Below are positions 33,489-42,972 of a stretch of 50,933 nucleotides of DNA, piece after piece. The stretch lies in contig JAJOLD010000006.1 in assembly GCA_021129515.1 (NCBI GenBank), positions 1-50,933 of the forward strand. The letters run 5' to 3'. The position numbers and the translations under genes are program-made. The DNA is from Minisyncoccota bacterium. GTDB taxonomy: Bacteria; Patescibacteriota; Minisyncoccia; Phycocordibacterales; UBA918. Positions within the stretch are counted from its first letter, which is position 1. Every line of letters starts with the position of its first letter. Under the pieces are notes generated by a model, which saw only the letters and a program-made list of their open reading frames with translations, searched no databases and was not told the origin of the DNA.

Positions 33489-34853
33489 ATGGAAAAGATC
33501 GTATCGCTCTGCAAGCGACGAGGGTTTGTCTTCCAAGGTAGTGAAATTTATGGAGGCTTAAAGGGAACCTGGGACCATGGACCGCTTGGTGTCGCACTCA
33601 ACAACAACATAAAGCGCGAGTGGTGGAAGCTGTTTGTCGATAGTCGTGAAGATATGTATGGATTGGATGCTGCAATCATCATGAATGCAAAAACATGGGA
33701 TGTTTCAGGACATACTGGTTCTGGTTTTTGTGACCCACTGGTAGAAGACTCAGAGACGGGTGAGCGTTTCCGCGCTGACCACCTCTTGAAGGACCATGGT
33801 ATTGACGCAGAAGGTATGTTGCTTGAGGAAATTGATGGCATTATTGCAGAAAAAGGAATCAAAAGCCCAAAAGGAAATACACTCTCTCCAGCGCGGCAGT
33901 TTAACCTTATGTTTGAAAGTCGTATTGGTGCAACTGCGGGGGATGAAGGAAAAGTATATCTGCGACCAGAAACTGCGCAGGGTATTTTTGTAAACTTTAA
34001 AAATGTTGTGGATGCAATGAGTCCCAAGATGCCCTTTGGTATTGCGCAGATTGGTAAAGCATTTCGCAACGAAATTGCGCCGCGCGAGTTTCTTTTCCGC
34101 GTACGTGAGTTTGAACAAATGGAGATTGAATATTTTGTAAAAGAAGAGCACTGGGAGGAGGAATATGAGAAACTCCGAAAGGACATCCAGGTGTGGCACA
34201 AACACCTCGGACTTCGTGACGAAAATATCCGCGAGTATGAGGTGCCCGATAATGACCTTGCTCACTACTCGAAGCGTACTATCGACTTTGAATACAACTA
34301 TCCGGGCAAGGGCTTTGATGAACTTGCAGGTTTTGCGTACCGCACCGATCACGACCTTAAAAGCCATATGGAAGCAAGTGGTGTGTCTCAGGAGTATATT
34401 GAGCCAGATGGATCGCGGTATATTCCACATGTGCTCGAACCATCCTTTGGTATTGGGCGCGCAATTACGGCAGTGCTCTGCGAGGCATACACTGAAGACG
34501 AAATGGGTGGTGATACGCGCACGTATCTCAAACTTCCTGCGCACCTTGCACCGTACCGCGCAGCAGTCTCGCCGCTTTTGAAGAACAAGCCGCAGCTCGT
34601 AGAAAAAGCACGCGAGGTATTTACCATGCTGAAAAAGGAATTTGGCAATATCGCGTGGGACGATAACGGCAATGTAGGGAAGCGGTATCGTCGTCAAGAT
34701 GAAATCGGTACTCCTGCATGTATCGTTATCGACTTCGATACCTTGGGAGATGAGAAACCCGAACACAAAGACACGGTCACCGTACGTGACCGCGACACAG
34801 GCGAGCAGGAACGATTCAAAATTGAGGATTTAGTCGCTAAGCTTTCAGAATAA
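33489..34853 (+). CDS. glyQS: Glycyl-tRNA synthetase (dimeric class II type)
   Basis: MEKIVSLCKRRGFVFQGSEIYGGLKGTWDHGPLGVALNNNIKREWW is the canonical N-terminus. Confidence 0.92.
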   Translation: MEKIVSLCKRRGFVFQGSEIYGGLKGTWDHGPLGVALNNNIKREWWKLFVDSREDMYGLDAAIIMNAKTWDVSGHTGSGFCDPLVEDSETGERFRADHLLKDHGIDAEGMLLEEIDGIIAEKGIKSPKGNTLSPARQFNLMFESRIGATAGDEGKVYLRPETAQGIFVNFKNVVDAMSPKMPFGIAQIGKAFRNEIAPREFLFRVREFEQMEIEYFVKEEHWEEEYEKLRKDIQVWHKHLGLRDENIREYEVPDNDLAHYSKRTIDFEYNYPGKGFDELAGFAYRTDHDLKSHMEASGVSQEYIEPDGSRYIPHVLEPSFGIGRAITAVLCEAYTEDEMGGDTRTYLKLPAHLAPYRAAVSPLLKNKPQLVEKAREVFTMLKKEFGNIAWDDNGNVGKRYRRQDEIGTPACIVIDFDTLGDEKPEHKDTVTVRDRDTGEQERFKIEDLVAKLSE

Positions 34854-34870
34854 CCCAAGAATCTTGCTGT

Positions 34871-34902
34871 CGTCATTGCGAGCGGCATGCGAAGCAATCT
34901 AG
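34871..34902. repeat. Half copy of the palindromic element family
   Basis: CGTCATTGCGAGCGGCATGCGAAGCAATCTAG. Only the right arm is present. Confidence 0.6.
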
Positions 34903-34921
34903 TAGTTATAGTACGTACACT

Positions 34922-36361
34922 ATGTCTGAGAAAAAACCAAAATACATCACCACCACGTTGCCATATGTAAACGCAGACCCACATATTGGGTTTGGACTTG
35001 AGATTGTGCAAGCCGATACGCTTGCGCGCTATTATCGTCTTATGGGTGAAGAGGTGTTTTTCACGACGGGTACCGATGAGCACGGACAAAAAATCGCACA
35101 AAAAGCAGATGAAGCAGGGCGTGACCGTCAGGAATATGTTGACCACTTTGCGGGTGAGTTCAATCGACTCAAAGATGCACTCAATCTCTCATACGACACC
35201 TTCATCCGTACTACCGATGCCAACCACATTGCCGCTGCACAAGAGATGTGGAAGCGATGCGATGCAGCTGGTGATATTTATAAGAAAAAATACAAAGGAC
35301 TCTATTGTGTCGGTGATGAAATGTTTGTAAAGGAGTCAGACCTCGTCAACGGGAAATGCCCGAATCACCCCACACAAGATCCAATCGAAGTTGAGGAAGA
35401 GAACTATTTCTTCAAACTCTCAAACTATCAGGAGTACCTCGAGGAGTATCTCTCACAAGAAGGGGTAATAGAGCCCGAATGGCGACGGCAGGAGGCGCTG
35501 AAGTTCGTACAAGGTGGTCTAGAAGATTTCAGCATTTCACGCGAGGTGTCACGTATGGACTGGGGTATCCCGGTTCCAGGAGACGATGCGCATGTCATGT
35601 ATGTGTGGTTTGATGCGCTCACCAACTACATCTCAACGACCGGCTGGCCCGAGGAAAACGGTAACTTTACAAAATTTTGGGAGGAGGGTGAAACACTCCA
35701 GCTTGGCGGTAAGGACCAAGTGCGCTTCCAGTCAATTATGTGGCAGGCAATGCTTAAGAGCGCAGGTGTTGCGGCAACCGACAAGGTCTTCTACCACGGC
35801 TTTATCAATAGTGGGGGACAGAAGATGAGTAAGTCATTGGGGAATGTTATTTCGCCGTACGAGCTTGTCGAGAAGTATGGTACCGATGCAACCCGCTACA
35901 TCCTCCTTCGCCACGTACATCCATTCGATGACTCCGATCTCACCTGGGAAAAGATGGACGAATACTATACCGCGAACCTCGTGAATGGTTTGGGAAACCT
36001 CACTGCACGTATTATGAAAATGGCAGAGACACATCTCGATGGACCTATCGAGCGACCCGAGACAGCAGGATTTGACACTGCATATACTGATGCATTCGAC
36101 ACGTGTAACTTCCAAGCAGCCTGTGACTTCGTGTGGCAAAAGGTAGGAGCACTCGACGAGAAAATCACCGAAACAGAACCATTCCGACTCGTAAAGACCG
36201 ACAAGGAAGCCGCGGTGCAGATAATCAAGGAATTAGTACACGACCTCTATATGGTGGGGCGTATGCTCAATCCAATCATGCCCGAGGCGAATGTCATTAT
36301 CAAAGAAGCCGTCCTCGCAAACAAAAAACCCGACAATCTTTTTGCACGGTTAGAAACATAA
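34922..36361 (+). CDS. metG: Methionyl-tRNA synthetase (minimal, no C-terminal appended domain)
   Basis: YVNADPHIGFG (HIGH-like) and QKMSKSLGNVI (KMSKS). Confidence 0.93.
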   Translation: MSEKKPKYITTTLPYVNADPHIGFGLEIVQADTLARYYRLMGEEVFFTTGTDEHGQKIAQKADEAGRDRQEYVDHFAGEFNRLKDALNLSYDTFIRTTDANHIAAAQEMWKRCDAAGDIYKKKYKGLYCVGDEMFVKESDLVNGKCPNHPTQDPIEVEEENYFFKLSNYQEYLEEYLSQEGVIEPEWRRQEALKFVQGGLEDFSISREVSRMDWGIPVPGDDAHVMYVWFDALTNYISTTGWPEENGNFTKFWEEGETLQLGGKDQVRFQSIMWQAMLKSAGVAATDKVFYHGFINSGGQKMSKSLGNVISPYELVEKYGTDATRYILLRHVHPFDDSDLTWEKMDEYYTANLVNGLGNLTARIMKMAETHLDGPIERPETAGFDTAYTDAFDTCNFQAACDFVWQKVGALDEKITETEPFRLVKTDKEAAVQIIKELVHDLYMVGRMLNPIMPEANVIIKEAVLANKKPDNLFARLET

Positions 36362-36394
36362 ATCTTCGCATTTCATTTTTTAAAAACAGGAATC

Positions 36395-36424
36395 AAAAAC
36401 CTTTCGGGTAACCGAAAGGTTTGT
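36395..36424 (+). terminator. Rho-independent terminator (near-duplicate of 45759-45792)
   Basis: AAAAACCTTTCGG-GTAA-CCGAAAGGTTTGTT. Confidence 0.75.
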
Positions 36425-36559
36425 TAGTGTCTGTCTCCATTGAAAGGTTCAGCCTCTCCATGCAATCTGCTTGGATTTTAGAAAAATTTTATCTTGGTTT
36501 TGTATGATGATTGAGTATGAAATATTTTCTATTGCAATTATGCAGCATGGTACTGGTGC

Positions 36560-37537
36560 TTGGTGCACAAGCCCACCGTTGCAAATAGCGACATGCTCGC
36601 TACCGCACAAGCCCATCACGCAGAAACGCTTGATGTCTGGGAGCCTCCCGAAGGTGTGAGGGTGTGCAACATTGTCGGTACTGGTTTGCCAACCATGTAT
36701 GGACAGTCTGATAGTGATATTTATTATCTTAATTTACCACTTTATAATGCCAACAATCCTGACAGGAAACATTCAGATATTACGGAAGTACCTTCGGTAC
36801 AACAGTTAGTGGAAAATGTACTGAATGGAACATCAACAACTATCGATTTGATTTCAGATAGCAAACCAAAATATATCGACGAGTACGATATAGAAACCAT
36901 CGATTCACCAGTGCATATTTCTGCAGAAGATACCGAAGGCAATATCACAGGGGTAGTAATCGAAGATGACGAAGAGAGTATCAAAGAAGAAATGCCAGGG
37001 AGTCACTATTTCGAGTTTGGCGGCACAAAGTATCTCATTATTCCGTCAGGAGTAACACGAACCACAACACTTATCGGAGAAGCATACGGGGGATATACAC
37101 TCACCATTGCTACATTAAACGAAGAAGACAATCACACCACACTCCACGCCATTGAGAACGCAACCGTGACACCAACCATGCAGGTAACTTATACAAAAGA
37201 TGAAGCAGGATATGGATTGGTCACCACAGACCTTGATGGAGATGGAGAAATTGATATCACAAGTACCATAAATGGCGAGGTTATTCCCGACGAGCAAGTG
37301 ACCTATGAGACGCTCATTGCCGTAATTGAGTCACTTGAACTTTCGCCACGAAAGGAACGCATATTACTTCGTTTAACTAAACTTGCACAGAAGTTTGACA
37401 AGAAAAAGAGAACACAACGACTAGAAAAACGTGTCCTCAAACTACTCAATAGATTTGTTGATAGGTATGAACGGAGAGGGTATATAACAGCAGAGCAGTG
37501 TGATGGGGTGGTTGATATAATTAACATCTTAAAGTAA
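36560..37537 (+). CDS. Hypothetical secreted protein; its signal peptide appears to be out of frame upstream (36517-36588)
   Basis: ATG 36517 encodes MKYFLLQLCSMVLVLGAQA and then stops after 4 more codons. The long ORF runs in the next frame from TTG 36560. Confidence 0.5.
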   Translation: MVHKPTVANSDMLATAQAHHAETLDVWEPPEGVRVCNIVGTGLPTMYGQSDSDIYYLNLPLYNANNPDRKHSDITEVPSVQQLVENVLNGTSTTIDLISDSKPKYIDEYDIETIDSPVHISAEDTEGNITGVVIEDDEESIKEEMPGSHYFEFGGTKYLIIPSGVTRTTTLIGEAYGGYTLTIATLNEEDNHTTLHAIENATVTPTMQVTYTKDEAGYGLVTTDLDGDGEIDITSTINGEVIPDEQVTYETLIAVIESLELSPRKERILLRLTKLAQKFDKKKRTQRLEKRVLKLLNRFVDRYERRGYITAEQCDGVVDIINILK

Positions 37538-37541
37538 TCAT

Positions 37542-37949
37542 ATGTCTATACAAAATATAAGAATTATTTTGACCTCGATATTATTATTTAGTGCTGTAGC
37601 ACTTGGTGTCTACACTGAATATTTTTGCGTTGACGTACAGTGTTATTATGATTTTGAAAGATCATTTGGTGAGCCTGCGTTTTGGTATACAGCATCTTTA
37701 TTACCATCTTTTGTACTTTTATTGTTCGTCAAATCATCCGTTTTCAAAAATTGGCTCAAATATATTGTGTCATGGTACATCCCCGTATCGATTTTTGCAG
37801 TCAACCAAGTTTCAGTAAACAGTTCTTCGATATTGTCGTTTGATAGAAGCACCGTAGCAGTGCTCTGGATGTCAGTGCTCTTCATTATCACTGTTATTTT
37901 CACTGGTGTATTGTGGTGGAAAGACAGAAAGCGCAAAGCGCCTGAGTAA
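37542..37949 (+). CDS. Hypothetical membrane protein
   Basis: Four hydrophobic helices, with the start 4 nt after the preceding stop. Confidence 0.6.
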   Translation: MSIQNIRIILTSILLFSAVALGVYTEYFCVDVQCYYDFERSFGEPAFWYTASLLPSFVLLLFVKSSVFKNWLKYIVSWYIPVSIFAVNQVSVNSSSILSFDRSTVAVLWMSVLFIITVIFTGVLWWKDRKRKAPE

Positions 37950-38000
37950 AGAAACTCATGAGTGACTGTATAGCAGATTTTGTGATAGGCTTATGTGGTA

Positions 38001-38849
38001 ATGAACTACGAATACATCGACACGCATACACATGTGAACCTCCAGGCATATAAGGAAGACTGGGAGGAGGTTATTGCACGTACACGAGCGGCTGGTGTGG
38101 CACATATTAATGTGGGTACCCAGCAAGATACATCTCGGCGCGCGGTTGAAATGGCAGAGGCATACGAAGACGGTGTATACGCTATGGTGGGGCTGCACCC
38201 GGTGCATACCGATGCGTCGTATCATGATGAAAAAGAATTTGGTCCTGAACAAAAAGGATTTACGACACGCGGTGAGGTATTTGATACTGACTATTATCGG
38301 AAGCTTGCAGGGAGCGAGAAGGTGGTTGCCATAGGGGAGTGCGGGCTTGATTACTACCGCATCAGTCCTGAAACAAAAGAAAAACAGGACGCAGCGTTTA
38401 TCGCGCAGATTGAACTTGCGAATGAAGTGGGGAAGCCATTGATGCTCCATATCCGACCAAGTGACGATCCGTCTGCTCCAAATGCGTATGAGGATGCATA
38501 TGCAATTATTAAAAAATATGCGAAGGTGCGTGGGAATGCCCACTTTTTTGCAGGCACTGTAGAAGATGCGAAAAAATTTTGGGACGTGGGATACTCAGTA
38601 TCGTTCACGGGCGTTATTACCTTTACCTGTGACTATGATGAGGTGGTGCAGGCTGCACCGAAAGAACTTATTCATGCAGAAACCGACGCGCCATATGTGA
38701 CCCCTGTACCGTATCGTGGGAAGCGCAATGAACCTCTGCATGTTCGTGAAGTATATAAAAGAATTGCGCAGATACGTGGTGAAGACGAAGCGGCCTTGCG
38801 TGCGCAACTACGTACAAATGCTCAGCATATGTATGGTATTGCATTGTAA
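38001..38849 (+). CDS. tatD: TatD-family metal-dependent hydrolase
   Basis: YIDTHTH, IGECGLDYYR, LMLHIR and ETDAPYVTP motifs. An alternative GTG start lies at 37995. Confidence 0.9.
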   Translation: MNYEYIDTHTHVNLQAYKEDWEEVIARTRAAGVAHINVGTQQDTSRRAVEMAEAYEDGVYAMVGLHPVHTDASYHDEKEFGPEQKGFTTRGEVFDTDYYRKLAGSEKVVAIGECGLDYYRISPETKEKQDAAFIAQIELANEVGKPLMLHIRPSDDPSAPNAYEDAYAIIKKYAKVRGNAHFFAGTVEDAKKFWDVGYSVSFTGVITFTCDYDEVVQAAPKELIHAETDAPYVTPVPYRGKRNEPLHVREVYKRIAQIRGEDEAALRAQLRTNAQHMYGIAL

Positions 38850-38887
38850 TGTGAGCGCACTACATCTGCATACAACGTGTGATACAT

Positions 38888-38914
38888 AAAACACCTGCGT
38901 TACGCAGGTGTTTT
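38888..38914. terminator. Bidirectional terminator
   Basis: AAAACACCTGCG-TTA-CGCAGGTGTTTT. Confidence 0.8.
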
Positions 38915-38948
38915 GGTATGAGGTCGCTGCAGTGCGACCTCATGCTGA

Positions 38949-39311
38949 CTATCTTGGTACCAGTACCACCTTTTCAGGTAACAGTTGTTTGCTACGAATA
39001 ATTGTAAACGCAGCGCTCAGTAGATGTAGCGGTTCTACTGCATTTCTGCTTGCCACGTCGCGAAGCGGCTGCAGTATTTTTTGCTCTGCATGTGTGAGTT
39101 CCGCATATATCCAGGTCTTTTCTGTCACACACGCAGTTGCTTTTGGGTGTAATGCAAGTTTTCTGACGATACTGTTAATCTCAGCGTTGCTCAGTAGTTG
39201 TTGCGCTGCAGCGAGCGTGTCTGTATTAACACAAGGCTTAGCAACCGTAGACGCTGCGACTATGTGTGTAGGTGTGGTAAGTACCAGTACGATAACAATG
39301 TGAAAGAACAT
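38949..39311 (-). CDS. Small secreted two-Cys protein (paralog 1)
   Basis: Signal peptide MFFHIVIVLVLTTPTHIVAA, then KPCVNTDTLAAAQQLL...ACVTEK. Confidence 0.55.
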   Translation of the reverse strand: MFFHIVIVLVLTTPTHIVAASTVAKPCVNTDTLAAAQQLLSNAEINSIVRKLALHPKATACVTEKTWIYAELTHAEQKILQPLRDVASRNAVEPLHLLSAAFTIIRSKQLLPEKVVLVPR

Positions 39312-39581
39312 AACCCATACTCCCTCATGTTGGTTGCTGATATTACTGAAATATCATGGGAAGAATACCAAAACAAAAAACTGCAGATAGGAATGAAAGA
39401 CTCAAAACGAGTAGTAACCCTTTGAACTTAGGTATTTCTTGAGTTTGTATATAACCATCTTCCGTCGATAGGTGGCGTTACCTGCTCACTATACTTGGAG
39501 AGTATGGATACTGTCAAATACAGCCATGGCACCTGTGCTAATTAAAAGTCATATTTTAAGTCGTACTATGTAACAAAGATT

Positions 39582-39691
39582 CTGGATTGCCTGCCTGTGC
39601 GTGGCACGCAGTCAGGCTTCGCATTCGCTCGCAATGACGGCAAAAAGCAACGCTTTTTGCCGTCATTGCGAGCCGTAGCGAAGCAATCCAG
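39582..39691. repeat. Nested palindromic element, copy D (most complete)
   Basis: CTGGATTGC[hairpin]CTTCGCATTCGCTCGCAATGACGG-CAAAAAGCAACGCTTTTTG-CCGTCATTGCGAGCCGTAGCGAAGCAATCCAG. Confidence 0.85.
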
Positions 39692-39834
39692 AAAAGTAAT
39701 TAGTACAGGTGCCGCTATGAGTCATCAATTGCAGTGAGGTATGCATTGATGTCATGGTAATGAGAAATGGAGATGAAGTGAAAAATGCGCGAGCAACTCA
39801 TGGAGAGTGCTCGCGCGATGTCCGGTGTTCCGAA

Positions 39835-40206
39835 CTAGGTCTCTGCTATGTGCCCTTTGAAATGTTTGCGGAGTCGCTGTTCTTCCTCGCTATTCTTTCT
39901 TCGTTTTTCTTGCTCGAGATATATCATTGCAACAATGATTTGTCTCATGCCTGCACTGCGTATTCGAGAGTATGATTGTACGAAACTCAAAACTGAAACA
40001 GGAAATTCGAGTGTGATTTTTCCAGATGCACAGATAGATTTTTTATGTACTACATATTTCTCCAAATATGGTTTGATATAAACACCTTCTGTTGCCAGCA
40101 ATTCTTGTGCAATACGTAGTTCGTGCTCGGTGTTGCACGGATTTGCATACGTAGTGGGTACAAAAAAACATAGATAGGCAAGAGTTGCAAAAAGTACTTG
40201 CTTCAT
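39835..40206 (-). CDS. Small secreted two-Cys protein (paralog 2)
   Basis: GGAGG 6 nt before ATG 40206. Signal peptide MKQVLFATLAYLCFFVPTTYA, then NPCNTEHELRIAQELL...ICASGK. Confidence 0.6.
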   Translation of the reverse strand: MKQVLFATLAYLCFFVPTTYANPCNTEHELRIAQELLATEGVYIKPYLEKYVVHKKSICASGKITLEFPVSVLSFVQSYSRIRSAGMRQIIVAMIYLEQEKRRKNSEEEQRLRKHFKGHIAET

Positions 40207-40291
40207 GGTCAACCTCCATTCTTTATGTGGTTTGGACATATGCAATCCTACTCCTCATAAAAACAGCTGTCAATACGGTGATAAGGGTGTG

Positions 40292-41206
40292 TTAATCAAA
40301 AATTTCAATCAAGTACGCATCAATATCGCGTTGGTCCATATCGTAGAAATAGAGATTGTTTTTGTGGAGATGTCGTGCGAGTTTAGTCCCAACAAATCGC
40401 CAGTGCCACGGCTCGTATACATAGTACTCGTTGCCTTTAGGATATGAGAGTATGAATCCATGTTTGTATGCATTTGTTTGCATCCATGTATATGCCTCGG
40501 TGTCACCAAACCCTGAGAGTCCGCCACCAAGTCCGGTGGTCGTGAAATCAACCGCCGTACCGAGCTGGTGTTCAGAAAAACCTTGGTCTGCGGAGAAGGT
40601 ATTTGCTCCCTCACCATATTGCACTGTATACGCGCCTTTGAGTGCATGCTGTTCATCATATGATCGATATGCAGAGACCACCCAGAGGTCTATGTCGTCT
40701 TTCTGTGCATCTGCAATGAGGTCTTCGAGAAATGGTTGCACTTGGTCGTGTATGTACTCAAGGTTCAATTCGTTGTAGAGATATTCTGCTGCGATAGCAG
40801 TAACCTTTGGCGGCACATAATGCTCGTTGAGAAAGTACACCTTTGAGTATTTTTTCAGGAGCTCGGTGTCGATTTCAGAGAGTTTATCGAGTTTGTCGAC
40901 GGTGCTGGTGATGTCTTTGATTTGATCTTCAAATTCCTCGTTGCGACCCTTTTCGTCTTCGAGGTCTTCAGAGAGTTCCGCCTTTTCTGCTACACTTTCT
41001 GCCAATGCACGCATGGCACTACTCAGCGTAGTATCGAGCTCTGAAGTAAGTGCGGTGCACGAAGCAAGGTCTGCTTCCTTGTCTGCGAGTTGTGCACGGA
41101 GTGATTGGGTGTGTGCTCGCTCTGAGGAAAGTGCAGACCATAAATACACAGAGAGGAGCAACCCAATACCTGTTGACACAACACATACGTATAACCAATG
41201 CTTCAT
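40292..41206 (-). CDS. D-alanyl-D-alanine carboxypeptidase, VanY/peptidase M15B family, with TM anchor and coiled coil
   Basis: SAYRSYDEQ, SEHQLGTAVD and EPWHWRFVG motifs. Confidence 0.88.
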   Translation of the reverse strand: MKHWLYVCVVSTGIGLLLSVYLWSALSSERAHTQSLRAQLADKEADLASCTALTSELDTTLSSAMRALAESVAEKAELSEDLEDEKGRNEEFEDQIKDITSTVDKLDKLSEIDTELLKKYSKVYFLNEHYVPPKVTAIAAEYLYNELNLEYIHDQVQPFLEDLIADAQKDDIDLWVVSAYRSYDEQHALKGAYTVQYGEGANTFSADQGFSEHQLGTAVDFTTTGLGGGLSGFGDTEAYTWMQTNAYKHGFILSYPKGNEYYVYEPWHWRFVGTKLARHLHKNNLYFYDMDQRDIDAYLIEIFD

Positions 41207-41440
41207 ATGTTCTTGATTTTAGCATGCGAAGCAAAATTATCTAAGAACCAGTCTAACCATGCACTGTGGCACTGTCTCCCGAATGGACGAAAGGCACCAG
41301 AGCTCATTAAAACGTATATCGTGTGTTGTATTTTGTAGCAAAGTAATCCAAAAAATTTGGGCGTAGGTGCCCGACAATATATTGAAAAATATGGATATAT
41401 GTGGTACCGTGTCGCCACTTATTAATTAATGTCAAAATAA

Positions 41441-42025
41441 ATGGCAGAAAACAATATGCCAGCAGCTGAGGCACCAGAGCTTTTCGACGATGAGCGAAAG
41501 AGCTATGAATTTGCCTTCCACGTACTTCCAACAGTTGCTGAAGGGGAAGTAGCTGGAGTGTTTGAAGCACTCAAGGCGCTCATTACACAACAGGGTGGTG
41601 AGATTTTTTCAGAAGAAGCACCCGAACGTATTGATTTAGCGTATGCAATCGTACAGTCAGTGCAGGGAAAGCATCGCAAATATGCAAGCGCGTATTTTGG
41701 GTGGATTCGCTTTACGCTCAATGGGGAGCGTATGGAAGCACTTGCTGAAGAAATTGATGCAAACCAGTCACTCCTACGACACCTGATTATCAAACTCACC
41801 AAGGCGGAAGAAGAAAATCCGTATCGATTCCACGAAAACCGAAAATCTAAAAAGGTCGTTGATGTGGTTGATACGCCAGTAGCTGATTCGAAAGAAACAA
41901 AGGATGCAGTTGAAGAACCTGCGACCAAAGAGGCTACTGCTAGCGAGGCTAGCACGCCTGATGCTGCTAAAGAAGCATCAAAAGAGGCAGCAGCTGATAC
42001 TGATGCAGAGAAAAAGGAGGTATAA
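41441..42025 (+). CDS. rpsF: 30S ribosomal protein S6 with long acidic C-terminal tail
   Basis: YEFAFHVLP...ERIDLAYAI...YFGWIRF...LLRHLIIKL core, and position upstream of ssb-rpsR. Confidence 0.75.
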   Translation: MAENNMPAAEAPELFDDERKSYEFAFHVLPTVAEGEVAGVFEALKALITQQGGEIFSEEAPERIDLAYAIVQSVQGKHRKYASAYFGWIRFTLNGERMEALAEEIDANQSLLRHLIIKLTKAEEENPYRFHENRKSKKVVDVVDTPVADSKETKDAVEEPATKEATASEASTPDAAKEASKEAAADTDAEKKEV

Positions 42026-42063
42026 TACTACACACTACTTACTCATAACTACCTACTAACCTT
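42026..42063 (+). promoter_or_regulatory. G-free TACTAC-N3-CTAC leader before ssb
   Basis: TACTACACACTACTTACTCATAACTACCTACTAACCTT then ATG. Confidence 0.5.
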
Positions 42064-42510
42064 ATGTACCTTAATAAAGCAATGGTGTACGGAAATCTCA
42101 CCCGAGATCCTGAAATGAAAGCACTCCCAAGCGGTATGCAAGTGACTTCATTTTCTATCGCAACTAATCGTCGATACAAAGATCGCGATGGTAATTACCA
42201 AGATGCAGTTGATTATCACAACATTGTGGTGTTTGGCCGTCAGGCTGAGACAAGTGCACAGTATCTTAAGAAAGGGAGTGGTGCGTTTGTTGAAGGACGA
42301 TTGCAAACACGCTCATGGGATAAAGATGGACAGAAACAGTATCGTACAGAAATTGTTGCAGACCGGGTACAGTTTGGTCCTCGAACTGGGGGAGGTAGCG
42401 GCGAGGGTGCGCCAACAAATGCAGCACCGAAAAAGGATGATGCACCGGCACAGCAGAATGCTCCGGAATACCCAGAAGAAGACATCAATCCTGAAGACAT
42501 CCCTTTCTAA
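42064..42510 (+). CDS. ssb: Single-stranded DNA-binding protein
   Basis: OB fold NKAMVYGNLTRDPE.., a Gly/Pro-rich linker, and the acidic tip EDIPF. Confidence 0.93.
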   Translation: MYLNKAMVYGNLTRDPEMKALPSGMQVTSFSIATNRRYKDRDGNYQDAVDYHNIVVFGRQAETSAQYLKKGSGAFVEGRLQTRSWDKDGQKQYRTEIVADRVQFGPRTGGGSGEGAPTNAAPKKDDAPAQQNAPEYPEEDINPEDIPF

Positions 42511-42754
42511 ATTCCTGAACAACCTGTCTACGTCGTTGCGACTATAATTTTGTCAGGCACGGTAGGTCCACTACCGCTTCCTCCAAAATCTTGTTGCGCC
42601 GCGTATCCAAATCATTCAGAAGATTTAGAAAATACAGCTTAGATAATTTTAAGCTCTAAAATAATACTGATATTGAAAATTTGAAACTAAAAAATTATTA
42701 GAAATAATTTTTTAGTCCTAAGTACTAGGTGCTCAGGGCTAAGAACTACACAAC

Positions 42755-42955
42755 ATGGACGACAAGAAAAAAGAAACACACAACGTTGACCACTTTGACT
42801 ACAAAAATGTAGACAAAATCCTTGCAAACCTCAACCCACACTCACGTATGTTCAATCGACGACGTAGTGGATTGACTGCACGGCAGCAGCGCCAGTTTGC
42901 AAAAGCAACGAAGCGGGCGCGGTTTATGGCATTGGTGCCGTACGTATCACGCTAG
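42755..42955 (+). CDS. rpsR: 30S ribosomal protein S18
   Basis: FDYKNVDKILANL...RRRSGLTARQQRQFAKATKRARFMALVPY. Confidence 0.93.
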   Translation: MDDKKKETHNVDHFDYKNVDKILANLNPHSRMFNRRRSGLTARQQRQFAKATKRARFMALVPYVSR

Positions 42956-42972
42956 TGACGTATATGCATGGA

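Noticed and set aside
33750-34766. 338-aa minus-strand ORF (and 33548-34201) inside glyQS
   Set aside because: It is antisense to unmistakable GlyRS sequence and is a shadow ORF.
37956-38543. 195-aa minus-strand ORF opposite tatD
   Set aside because: The TatD motifs on the plus strand are unambiguous, and the antisense frame is Cys/Arg/Phe-rich.
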